From the sequence record PV764601.1: a stretch of DNA of 64,000 nucleotides; one strand, written 5' to 3'. Positions 19,601 to 28,180 of this stretch are shown here, piece after piece. Within the stretch, counting starts at the first letter, position 1, and every line of letters starts with the position of its first letter. A program made the translations under genes and the position numbers. The notes under the pieces were generated by a model. The model did no database searches. It was not told the DNA's origin and saw only the letters and a program-made list of their open reading frames with translations.

Positions 19601-21525
19601 TCATAGCCCGGAATCACAGGCTCAAGGTACTGGCGGCGACGTGCCAGATCGTAGGAAACGATCTTCGGGTAGTTCGTGCCGTACTTGACTAGGGCGATGA
19701 GGGTGCCTAGTTCTTCCATGCCCGACAGCGGGTAGCGCGACTCGATAAAGTTGACGATGGCTTCCTGATCGTGCTCGCTGGCGTGTTCGGCCAGAACAAG
19801 CGACGGAGAAACTGCTTGGAAGGCACCTTGCAGAGCGTTACCGATCCACTTGATAGGCGCAAAGTCGAACAGGTTGTGGAACTTCACGTCCTGTAGTTCG
19901 TGACCGTAGGTGTCAGCGTAGTCACGGAACAAAGCAGGAACGCTGTTAGGTGCCTGTGCATACATTTCGCCAAGCACCTTGACCGACTTGTCCAAGGTGG
20001 CCATGAACGGACCGACTTCGCCATTCACGTAGGCACCACCGACTTGGTGGGAGCTAACGTTCAGGGCGACCAACCCACGGCGAGTCTCCTCCGACATATC
20101 CGTGATCTGACGCTCAGGCACACGGTTGCGCAGGGTGTAGGTAAGTACCGAAGCCAGATGCTTGACGCGAGTGCGCTGCTGCACCTTCATGATCGGCAGG
20201 TCGAGGAAGTTGCGGGCCTGCGTAGAAGTCACAGGCTGATAGCCGTCCAGATTCAGGATGTTGACCAAACCATCCGAGTTGGAGTAGGCGATCTTGTTGT
20301 TCTCCCAATCGGTGTAGATCAGCTTGTTGGCAGGCAGCTTCTTGGTCGGCTTGACCGTGCTACGCATGTCCGCAAGAGTGAACACGCCACCGTCGCGTTC
20401 CACAAATTCGTGGAATGCCTGCTCGTATAGGTCTACGTTATCCACGGTCGGGATGTAGTAGATGTACCCATCCGGAGAAATCATCAAGCCGTCTTTGTTG
20501 ACTTTGGGCTTGTTCGGACGATGCAGGTTCTCATCACGAATGGACGACATGGGCCGGACGGCCTCAACGTGAGCATTCGCGCTGTCGCCAACCCAATAAC
20601 GCATCCACGCCATGAACCACACAAAGATCATGGACGGCGACGGGTTGTGGCTCTGGCCAACAAACTTGGCGAAGTCTTCCGGCAGGTGCAGATCGGCGTA
20701 GACAAAGACTTCACGATTCATCGCAACCCAAGTTGCGTAGTCACCCTTGTTAACCACGTCCTTGATGGACGTCGGGGTGTAGCGAGTCTCTTCGTCGTCG
20801 TGCGTAACCGACAGTTCGCCAAGGTACTGATGACGGGAAGGAATCGGTGGGCCGATCAGACGATAGCCCTTGATGTACTTCTCAGCAGCCCGTAGAGTTT
20901 CAGCGCTAACGAACTGCGCCTCCAGCTTCGGGGTGTAACCAATGTGTTCCTTGGTCACGTCAACCGGGATGAAAATGTCGATGGGTTCAGCAGGGTTGAA
21001 GAACTGAGCCTGCGAAGCCTTCGGGATCACCTTGGTCAGCAGTTCGTAGAAATGCTGATAGCTCTCCGGCGAGCTATGAGACACCATCGCGGAACCCGTG
21101 TCTCCCGTAGCGGGAAAGGTCTTGGCAAGGTTGCTCAGGGAGGTCGGGGAGAGCGTGTTGTTCTTGTAGTCTTCCTTGTGCATAGCAAGGATCGGGAAGG
21201 AAAGCGTGAAGCCCTTACCCTCACGACGCACCTGCACGCGCGCAGAGTTTTCGATGCTACCGATGTTCTCGCCCAAGTCTGCCAGATAGTCTTCATCAGG
21301 CATGAACAGGCTGCGATCGGGGTCCTTACGATCTAGAAGGTTGACTGCATACTTACCCGTCTTCTTGGCGCTTTCCGCCAAGTAGCCCTTCCAACCGGCG
21401 ACCAGCAGGCCAAGGACCGACTGCACCGCCTCGCCATCATGCAGCAGCGGATACAGGTAAGTTTCGTCAATGCCTTCCGGACGTTCAATGGGGTTGTTAG
21501 TCAGCGTTGCCGCTATCTCTTTCAT
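16654..21525 (-). CDS. Very large SNF2-family helicase/ATPase
   Basis: DAGGGKT, IVDESH, ATGT, TGHNFQ, EQANARIWR; ATG 21525 overlaps the upstream TGA. Confidence 0.85.
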   Translation of the reverse strand: MKEIAATLTNNPIERPEGIDETYLYPLLHDGEAVQSVLGLLVAGWKGYLAESAKKTGKYAVNLLDRKDPDRSLFMPDEDYLADLGENIGSIENSARVQVRREGKGFTLSFPILAMHKEDYKNNTLSPTSLSNLAKTFPATGDTGSAMVSHSSPESYQHFYELLTKVIPKASQAQFFNPAEPIDIFIPVDVTKEHIGYTPKLEAQFVSAETLRAAEKYIKGYRLIGPPIPSRHQYLGELSVTHDDEETRYTPTSIKDVVNKGDYATWVAMNREVFVYADLHLPEDFAKFVGQSHNPSPSMIFVWFMAWMRYWVGDSANAHVEAVRPMSSIRDENLHRPNKPKVNKDGLMISPDGYIYYIPTVDNVDLYEQAFHEFVERDGGVFTLADMRSTVKPTKKLPANKLIYTDWENNKIAYSNSDGLVNILNLDGYQPVTSTQARNFLDLPIMKVQQRTRVKHLASVLTYTLRNRVPERQITDMSEETRRGLVALNVSSHQVGGAYVNGEVGPFMATLDKSVKVLGEMYAQAPNSVPALFRDYADTYGHELQDVKFHNLFDFAPIKWIGNALQGAFQAVSPSLVLAEHASEHDQEAIVNFIESRYPLSGMEELGTLIALVKYGTNYPKIVSYDLARRRQYLEPVIPGYDWQPKPLPYVAENRALMPHQARIDGILTLNKPDWTILDVDAGGGKTGIGLRYIITLLEGKDVKRACITCPSFLVKNYIEENVYFYDGRINMIVISTDTLNTYGEDGLRTMIENSPPNTILLTDFGFLSNHHRNRVVFYGSGEVTINLNAEFLTTLGIDYMIVDESHGLRNEESNKSQAARKLALTMDKKAIATGTFINNQISDTAGQFALFDPSVFGNKQDFIDEFAEVVVGGKVVKWKDNAEAEIRKRIGVQSCLISARRKEWGAMLPHLRESIIPIYQDELNPDWVAAYQAILEETIEAIKANKSLVKQLQDDNVDELDLAGALNPYLARLEMFMTAPGSDPLGAKVLKGDAAIGPKVKVVAQIVDEHVTDPEAKDGKILIITNYHASADALYNNLPAHLKSKFIRYHAENKDRDISKFKRDPDIIGMIGVEDSLGTGHNFQFCSRIVRIETKWNPGDLEQANARIWRPDPKNIGSEARTVFIDWVVVDRTIDVCKFARLISKVISKVKFDEADNPKYDDLEALPIIKMNLDTIRSLNSITKHLAAYHQEYTTYKNIYNKEMKEFREKHKDTFKFKPIENSGEPLPGGAMMRHITYVPEMHLPDTKQLGIVRYSDYVDSHAGENQGIVDFDTVGKYVHTEFGDGKIIGMSGSTLKVKLKDGTIIKSINKLKTFIIPDKKTYDADGDTIRDRMAHLIGVPMKKAKKKKEVPAEEAPKPVQKVKRLKTVEEPVEEKPKKAKKQEEEAPKLRTLKPKKAPPAPKVKKKPEVDAELEFFVEVAYDQVTLGTYKDEADEDEAAVGVMESLGFKDTGAYSFAIIKTRKHLVNFLEVLQSKFVVKPDFLERLEDLQAFFNKGPKNAFNARSALKAMDVRNFWRMKRNKAGANEVRPYAVVLNHELHIAFALSSNQPANRKVARQVRVPGVKWDSSDGDYIKFLPNKGAVTSTLSELSKAGITVANLKDVKKVLSELKLHTPAKKEEE

Positions 21526-22088
21526 GCCAGCACCGGAGTATGTGAAACGAAGTCCGCCCACGGAGCGTAAACGCGCCCCTGACTGGCGAACATGGCGTAT
21601 AGGTTCTGAGCGAGTCGGATGGCGAAGCTCTTGTCCAGACTCTCAAGGAACGTGGTGTTGTAGAACGTCTGCGCGTAGTTGAATCCGTCATCCAGATTCT
21701 TGGAACTGAGCCAGTCGAGGATACGATCAAGCTGTTCGTCCTCGGAGGGTTCAGACAGGTCACGCAGCTGCTCTTTCAGCAGGCGTATCTCTCTCCGATT
21801 CTCGTTCGCAAGATTGCGCTTCTTGAAGACAGGAACCACGTCACCTTCCGGGATGACCGGCGGCCCATATACAGTAGGCAGCGGGGTAAGGTCAGATGCC
21901 GGAGGCTCGATAACGTCGAAAGCAACTGGAGCCTCTCCGGAGAGAACCTCTAGCCGCTTGGACGAAATTGGGTTTTTCTGCACTTCCCCCTTCTTTACAG
22001 TATTGGTGAGGCGGCGCAAGGAGGCAGTTTCGGGGCTATCCTGAGTAGGAGCCGATCCGGTATGGCGCAGGTTTTGGAGAATTCGCAT
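21522..22088 (-). CDS. Hypothetical virion-associated protein
   Basis: Probable start MRILQN at 22088; contains ETASLRRL. Confidence 0.6.
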   Translation of the reverse strand: MRILQNLRHTGSAPTQDSPETASLRRLTNTVKKGEVQKNPISSKRLEVLSGEAPVAFDVIEPPASDLTPLPTVYGPPVIPEGDVVPVFKKRNLANENRREIRLLKEQLRDLSEPSEDEQLDRILDWLSSKNLDDGFNYAQTFYNTTFLESLDKSFAIRLAQNLYAMFASQGRVYAPWADFVSHTPVLA

Positions 22089-22410
22089 TTGGTTGCCTAC
22101 GTTTTTGCAGGTGTTTATGGCCGGGACGCTTTCCGTGGCAGGTGCTACAAAGCGTCCATAGATTGCTGGGAGAATCAGTGCCGCCCTTGGAAATCGGGAT
22201 GATGTGGTCAACCTCTAGGAAGTCACCTCGGGCGCGCACAGCCAGTTTGTTCCTGCCACATTTGCGGCAGCACCAGCCGTCTCTTTTCTTGATCTTGTCC
22301 GACAGGGAGCGCCACCCTTCCTTAGTGCCCGTGTACTTGCCCCGAACGATTCGGTGGGTTCCTCCAGAGCGGCGGTTGACCTTGACCGTTCCCGTTTTCC
22401 GTATGGGCAT
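22036..22410 (-). CDS. HNH endonuclease
   Basis: CRKCG...EVDHIIPISKGGTDSPSNLWTLCSTCH. Confidence 0.92.
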   Translation of the reverse strand: MPIRKTGTVKVNRRSGGTHRIVRGKYTGTKEGWRSLSDKIKKRDGWCCRKCGRNKLAVRARGDFLEVDHIIPISKGGTDSPSNLWTLCSTCHGKRPGHKHLQKRRQPNANSPKPAPYRIGSYSG

Positions 22411-22412
22411 GC

Positions 22413-23213
22413 TTAACCTTCCTTCAAGCGTTCCATAGTACGCTCGCGCAGGTCAACGAATTTCTCACTGAGGTAGACTCGGATCTCTTGTGCAATGTCG
22501 TTGAACTTTCCGTCAACCACGCGCCGCATGTTGTCCGGCACCACGTTCTGTACCTGCTCACGTAGGTGGAACAGGGCCATAACAAGGTGGTGTGCAATCT
22601 CATGGAAGTTGGGGAGCATCACTTCGTTCATGAGAGCAGACAGGAGTTCCGTACCGTCGTTGGTTTGCTCGATTTCAGCCAGCACGTCTCGACCCGTATT
22701 GATTAGGGCCTGCAAGGCAATGGCGTTACTCTGGCTAGGCCGCGAGTGGTACGCGTCTTCTGCAATCGGGATACTGTCTAGCAGCATCATCAGCATGCCT
22801 CGCTGAATCAGCTGTGCGCTACTACCGATCTGCTCACGTTCAATGAGCATGGCAGCTTCGGGTGAATACTTCTTGAACGTGCCTTCAAGGTTGCGCATAG
22901 ACCGTTTAGCATCGCGCAGCTTTTGCAGTTCAAGATCGTTGGGTTCGTGGTGCTTCAAGGCAGGCAGCTGCTCGGCGCGTTCACGCACCTCAGCCATCGC
23001 ACTCTCTTCGGGAGCAAAATTGGCCTGCGATTTCTTCTTCCGCTTCTTCTTGACAGGCTCTTCCTCGGCAACCTCCTTTTTCTTTTTCTTCTTTACCACC
23101 CCGGGGCGCTTAAGCGCCCCGAGGTCGAAGGCAGAAGCACTCACCTGTGCTTCTCCGGTTCCCAGCAGAAGAGGAATTTTCTTGAGCTTACTCTTCTTCG
23201 GTTTCGTCATCAT
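22413..23213 (-). CDS. Hypothetical protein, Lys-rich N-terminus and helical C-terminus
   Basis: 266-aa ORF in the operon. Confidence 0.7.
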   Translation of the reverse strand: MMTKPKKSKLKKIPLLLGTGEAQVSASAFDLGALKRPGVVKKKKKKEVAEEEPVKKKRKKKSQANFAPEESAMAEVRERAEQLPALKHHEPNDLELQKLRDAKRSMRNLEGTFKKYSPEAAMLIEREQIGSSAQLIQRGMLMMLLDSIPIAEDAYHSRPSQSNAIALQALINTGRDVLAEIEQTNDGTELLSALMNEVMLPNFHEIAHHLVMALFHLREQVQNVVPDNMRRVVDGKFNDIAQEIRVYLSEKFVDLRERTMERLKEG

Positions 23214-23916
23214 CGTTCCTTAGGTCATGGACACGATCCATGATACCGTGTGCGTTGAAGCCAAACTTCTTCATGCTGCGAGCTTCATGGTCACTCAACT
23301 TGGGCCGGTGAACAGGCACTCCCTCAAGCGGGATGGTGCTCTTCTTACCGCCTTTCGTCTTGTGCGAAGTGCTCGACTCTACAGGATGCTCATCGCCGTC
23401 AAGGTCTTCCTCGTCGTCATCGGTCGGGTCCTTGAAGGCGTCAGCACGAATGTATTGCACGTATTCGTGGGTGAATTCAAACTCAAAATCTTGCAGGGCT
23501 TCGTTGAAGATGCGGCACCATTTGGCAACATCCTTTCGCGGAATACCCTTGATTCCGTCGGTGAGACTGAAGTGTGGACGGAAGGTGGGGAAGTCCCACT
23601 CCAACCCGAGGGATCGCCAGTATTCCCAACGTTCGTGCAGTTCAGGGCAGAACAGTGAAGCGACGAGAATGGGATTGCCGTTTCCGGTTTCCCATTGCTC
23701 CACCATCAACACACGTGCAGTGTAGATGCGCAGAGGATCGGACTCTGCGGACAACTCCGGCGGCGTGTGCAAGGTATCCCTATCGTGCGCTAGGGTGACG
23801 TGAATATCGTTCGGAAGCAGGGCGGGAATGCCAGCGGAGGCTGCCTGCGCGAGAAGATAGGAAAGACGGTCCTGCGTCTTCTGTGTAGCGAAGGTCGAAA
23901 TGTAGATGCCGCGCAT
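23188..23916 (-). CDS. 2H phosphoesterase, Acb1/T4 gp57B-like
   Basis: Two HxT/S motifs, DIHVTL and RPHFSL; acidic then basic C-terminal extension. Confidence 0.75.
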   Translation of the reverse strand: MRGIYISTFATQKTQDRLSYLLAQAASAGIPALLPNDIHVTLAHDRDTLHTPPELSAESDPLRIYTARVLMVEQWETGNGNPILVASLFCPELHERWEYWRSLGLEWDFPTFRPHFSLTDGIKGIPRKDVAKWCRIFNEALQDFEFEFTHEYVQYIRADAFKDPTDDDEEDLDGDEHPVESSTSHKTKGGKKSTIPLEGVPVHRPKLSDHEARSMKKFGFNAHGIMDRVHDLRNDDDETEEE

Positions 23917-23928
23917 GAGTCAATGGTC

Positions 23929-25614
23929 CTAGTTCTGGATGTTAATACTTCTCAATCCGGGTTTGTTCAATGGTTCAACGTTGAGTATGTGTCGATCATC
24001 CGTATCTACAACAGGACCGCCCTTATAGGGGCTTGCCGTTCCTCTCTTAAATTGACCTTCGGCCGTCGTCTTGATCTTGGCAGAGACGAAACTTGCATTG
24101 ATTGTACCGAGCAGTACATCGCCTTCGGAGTCAGTTTGAACGCTTCCTTGGAACTCATTGTCGAGAACCAAGGGCGGCATCTGAATCTTGGGGCCACCTG
24201 CACTGGTAGTAATCGAAGCAGGCTCCGGCTTAAGAACTGCCGTAGTCAGGAACACAGGATCGTTAGCAACCGATACCTGCGCAGACGCTTCGTAAGAGAA
24301 CGCCATGCTTCCCATCAAGCCATCGCCCGACGCCGACGTAGCGGACGTTACGTGGTCTTCGATAGTCAGCGTGGTCTGCACCACCTTTTCCAACCCAACC
24401 TTCATAGAGACAGGGGGGATCACACCTACATCAACCACGATGGAGCCAACGTACAGACCGAAGTTTGCGTTAGTCTGGACGGTGACTTGCTGGTCTACAA
24501 TGTAAGGAGCCCACTTGATTTCAGCGGAAGCCGAGGTCTGCATGGAGGCAGCGCCTTCGACAACCACTTCTTGGAACTCCGTACCACGCAGGGCCTTGAG
24601 GTGCATCGTTGCAGGTGCAGGCTCGACGATAGCTGTAGTGAAGAACGTACCGCCCGAGGGGGCAGTGGCGATGGCAGGGGCTTGCTGGGGAGAAAGCTTG
24701 AGCGTAGCCTGATGCACCACCACATTACCCGCCTTCGTAATCACGCTATGCTGACCAGCGGAAGCAGCGATGATTAGAGGCTCAGGGCGCTTGTAGATTT
24801 TGACGGAGGCCTCGGCCTTCGTGATGATATGCGAAGGCTTGAGGCGCGGCCGCACCGTAGACAGTACCGGACTCGCACTGAACGAGGTGGACGTGTGGAT
24901 GCGTGGAGTAAGGTTACGCGGCGTGACCGTACCAAGGATAACACGGGGTTGGTCCTCGATAGTGGTCAGCTTAACGAATGCTGGATCAGGAGAGATTCGG
25001 ATACCGCTATAGAACACGGCGAACACAGGCCCGATACTGGTGACGATGCGACCAGCACCCGTAAACGAGATAATGTTCGTACCAACAGAGGTGTATGTAG
25101 TCTGCGTGATACCATAGCCCTGCATGTAGTCAGACTCGCCACGGTAGCCGAGCTTGACTGTAGAGATTTGCAGCTTACCAACGGCGTAATCGCTGAATCC
25201 AGCTTCCTCGTGGAAGTTGATGCGAACAGTCGCTTCTTGCGTGATGCCTATGCCCGTTTCGCCTTGGCTCTCGAAGTGCTGACCGATGATGTTGCTGGGG
25301 TACTGCAACAGGCCGACGCCAAGGACCGGATCAGCAGTGGGCATCTTCCAGCCGTAGTTGATGGTAGTGCCTTGCAGCAGACCGATACCAACAACAGGAG
25401 ATTCAGTGGTGAAGTGATACGGGATGACCAGCTTGAACGTGGTCGAGGTGCGGATGGCCTGATTATCCTGAATCGGGATAATAGCGGTTGTCAGGTAGCC
25501 AATGCCTGACACCGACATTTGCACCGGCTGGGTATCGTTGATGAAAACTCCCAACGGCGCCAACTCGGGCTGGTTGAATGGAACAAAGTTAAACGGAGTA
25601 CCGTTGAGTAGCAT
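23929..25614 (-). CDS. Putative structural protein, S/T/A/V/P-rich beta repeats
   Basis: 561 aa within the virion block. Confidence 0.6.
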   Translation of the reverse strand: MLLNGTPFNFVPFNQPELAPLGVFINDTQPVQMSVSGIGYLTTAIIPIQDNQAIRTSTTFKLVIPYHFTTESPVVGIGLLQGTTINYGWKMPTADPVLGVGLLQYPSNIIGQHFESQGETGIGITQEATVRINFHEEAGFSDYAVGKLQISTVKLGYRGESDYMQGYGITQTTYTSVGTNIISFTGAGRIVTSIGPVFAVFYSGIRISPDPAFVKLTTIEDQPRVILGTVTPRNLTPRIHTSTSFSASPVLSTVRPRLKPSHIITKAEASVKIYKRPEPLIIAASAGQHSVITKAGNVVVHQATLKLSPQQAPAIATAPSGGTFFTTAIVEPAPATMHLKALRGTEFQEVVVEGAASMQTSASAEIKWAPYIVDQQVTVQTNANFGLYVGSIVVDVGVIPPVSMKVGLEKVVQTTLTIEDHVTSATSASGDGLMGSMAFSYEASAQVSVANDPVFLTTAVLKPEPASITTSAGGPKIQMPPLVLDNEFQGSVQTDSEGDVLLGTINASFVSAKIKTTAEGQFKRGTASPYKGGPVVDTDDRHILNVEPLNKPGLRSINIQN

Positions 25615-25638
25615 GTCATACTCTCTATAGGGCTACCC

Positions 25639-25646
25639 TAAAATTG
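25639..25646 (-). promoter_or_regulatory. Putative late promoter CAATTTTA
   Basis: 24 nt upstream of ATG 25614. Confidence 0.5.
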
Positions 25647-25667
25647 AGGCCGTCCTTGGCCGTATCC

Positions 25668-28130
25668 TTATCGGGGTTCAAGCTCTTGCAGTCGGGCTTG
25701 CAGCTTTTCGATGCGAGCGTGCAAGGCTTGGATGGACGCAACCAGTGGAGCGTGTAGCATGGTGTGGGCCACAGTCAGGAGTCCGTCAATGCCATAGGGA
25801 TTTGACTCGCTCACGGTAACCATGTGGGCCCACCGTTCCTGCACGTCCTGCGCGTACACACCAGATTCCAGCTTGTTGTCCTTGAGGTACAGGCGTGGAA
25901 CCAGCGTCACCACCTTGTCCAGTTCTTCCTCGGGGTCCAAATCAGAAATCCACGTCTTGATTCGACGATCCGAGTTGATAGCAAAGTTGGCCGCGTAACC
26001 CCAACTACGAATATACAAGTCACCGGTAGTCCGATAACAAGTGAGGTTGTCGGCACCGGTAACGTTATCCCAAACACGCCACGCACCACCTGTAGCGTAC
26101 ATATGGAACTGCACGTTGGTGCTACTGCGCTCCTCTACAACCATGACAGCGGAGCCACCTCGGGCGGCGAAGCCACCTTCAGTCTGTACCGTCATGTACT
26201 GTTCTTGCGTAAGTCGTAGAATCTTGTTAAGGCCAACCGAGTTGGCAGCGGTTAGGCCAATACCGACCCAGCCGCTTGCAGCATACATACCTCCGTAGTA
26301 GATACCAGCACCTGCGTTATCTTGACACATGAAACCACCACCGTAACTACCGGTAGCGATGAACGACGCCTTGTTGGCATCGTTGGTAGTGAAGCCCCAG
26401 TTAGGCGCAATGATGCCTTGGGTTACATAGATCGAACCTGCCACGCCGATGCCGGGGTTATTGCCCCCGAGCCCGTTGGCGGGGTTAGTCATCGACAACA
26501 CAGAAGTAGGATTACCGCCAGTGGCATTGTAGCAGTACCACACATAAGCACCCGTCGCTTCCATCACCTGCGCCCAACGCTGCACACCATTATTCCACCC
26601 GATCGAGTGGAAAATCATTTGAGTATTAGGAGTGCCGGTGCGTGAACTTATGACGGAGGAGAAGGTGGCCACGCCGTTGAACAGCGCAGTAGAACTGAAA
26701 GTAAGCGGCTTCTGTAGCCAGATGGCAGAGTCGCTAAAAGAAGCCGAAATCGTACCATCAGCACCACAGATACGGAAGGAATTGAGATACCACTCAATCC
26801 ATGCACGATTGACATCACCTAGCTGACTCCGAAGACCCGTAGCGATGGAAGACGCATCCGTACCCGCCTCCGCCCGTCGTGCAAACGAACGCACGTTATT
26901 GCCCGCGGAGTCATAACCTCGCAGTACGAAGGGGCCCCACCGCCAGCTGTTAACTTCTTGGGGTACTGAAGCAGCCCGGAACTCCCAAGTGAAGCTACTG
27001 CTTTCAATGATGGCAGCCTTGGTTGTATCAGCAGGGGACGGAAGATTCCCAGCGAACCAAGCAGCCCCACCATCAATCAACACAGGAGAGGCATTGTCTC
27101 GGGGAATACTGAACCTGTTCTTACGGAAAGCACCCTCGTCAGTAGCCGTATTGATACTAAACGACGTACTATTCATGGTGAAGAAGTACCGCATGCCGGT
27201 CGAAGTAACGTCAGCTGGGTCGCGGAACGTAATAACACCGCCAGCATTATTCGATGCTAAGTGCAGTCGGGATAGCTGTGCTTCGGTTCCCTTGACCACA
27301 AACGTGGTGTAATCAAAGATTCCCGAATGGTAAACAGTGTTACTTCCCCACGTAATAGTGCCTGCCGTTGAGTTCAGGGAGAAGTTTGTGTAGCTACCAC
27401 CCGCAGTTGCATAGCTACGAAGGACCGTAGACATAAGCGTGCGGTCCCAATACAGTGCAGCAACGTTGGCGCTGGTTTCATTCTGGAGCCAAAAGACCAC
27501 GTTGGAGTTAGGTAGTGAGCGGGCGGTGAACTGACTCATGCCTGACGTGTATACCGATTGCGCGGTGGCGTAGATGATGCCTTCTGGCTCCACGGTAACA
27601 ATCGTACCACTGGCTTCGGACAGCGAGCGACCTGCGTAGGACCCTCCCGAAACATTTAGTGGGTAGAACGACATGCCATGGTTGTAAGTACCCCGTCGAA
27701 TCCAAATATTGATGCCACGTTGAGTGCCATCAGCGTTCAGGAAAGGAGTGATACCAACTTGGGCCCAGTTACTTATGCTGTCAACCATGCCCTGCTGCAC
27801 ATGTTCAACCATGTTGTTAACTACTTGCTGGGTAAACACCACGTCACTGGTGTAACCTCGGGGAGAAACGGTCACGTAGTCTCGCGCGTAGCGGCGGCCG
27901 CCGATGCCACCCGAAACCATGTTGAACATGAAGATTCGATTGGCAGTGCTACTGAAGTCCATCTGGCCAATTCGGATCCACTGAATCACAGTGTTGTTGT
28001 CCGGCAAGGTGTCTACCTGCTGGATACCAAGCACGCCACCTCGAAAATTGTTGTAGCCCGTGAATACGTTGTCCGCTGCCTTTTGGACAAGGGTATCCGG
28101 GATTGGGTACAGCGTTTGAAGAATCGTCAT
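25668..28130 (-). CDS. Tail fibre with C-terminal peptidase S74 intramolecular chaperone
   Basis: NSDRRIKTWISDL...SGVYAQDV followed by a terminal coiled coil; SD before ATG 28130. Confidence 0.85.
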   Translation of the reverse strand: MTILQTLYPIPDTLVQKAADNVFTGYNNFRGGVLGIQQVDTLPDNNTVIQWIRIGQMDFSSTANRIFMFNMVSGGIGGRRYARDYVTVSPRGYTSDVVFTQQVVNNMVEHVQQGMVDSISNWAQVGITPFLNADGTQRGINIWIRRGTYNHGMSFYPLNVSGGSYAGRSLSEASGTIVTVEPEGIIYATAQSVYTSGMSQFTARSLPNSNVVFWLQNETSANVAALYWDRTLMSTVLRSYATAGGSYTNFSLNSTAGTITWGSNTVYHSGIFDYTTFVVKGTEAQLSRLHLASNNAGGVITFRDPADVTSTGMRYFFTMNSTSFSINTATDEGAFRKNRFSIPRDNASPVLIDGGAAWFAGNLPSPADTTKAAIIESSSFTWEFRAASVPQEVNSWRWGPFVLRGYDSAGNNVRSFARRAEAGTDASSIATGLRSQLGDVNRAWIEWYLNSFRICGADGTISASFSDSAIWLQKPLTFSSTALFNGVATFSSVISSRTGTPNTQMIFHSIGWNNGVQRWAQVMEATGAYVWYCYNATGGNPTSVLSMTNPANGLGGNNPGIGVAGSIYVTQGIIAPNWGFTTNDANKASFIATGSYGGGFMCQDNAGAGIYYGGMYAASGWVGIGLTAANSVGLNKILRLTQEQYMTVQTEGGFAARGGSAVMVVEERSSTNVQFHMYATGGAWRVWDNVTGADNLTCYRTTGDLYIRSWGYAANFAINSDRRIKTWISDLDPEEELDKVVTLVPRLYLKDNKLESGVYAQDVQERWAHMVTVSESNPYGIDGLLTVAHTMLHAPLVASIQALHARIEKLQARLQELEPR

Positions 28131-28180
28131 TGGATAGTCCACCAAAGGAAAGGCAGGCCCGTGGTGGACCTGCCTGTGAA

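Noticed and set aside
21522-22211. ORF-track upstream starts (22211, 21561, 16825, 43731, 32576, 28184, 9826)
   Set aside because: They give long same-strand overlaps; downstream ATGs with SD or stop-start coupling are better supported
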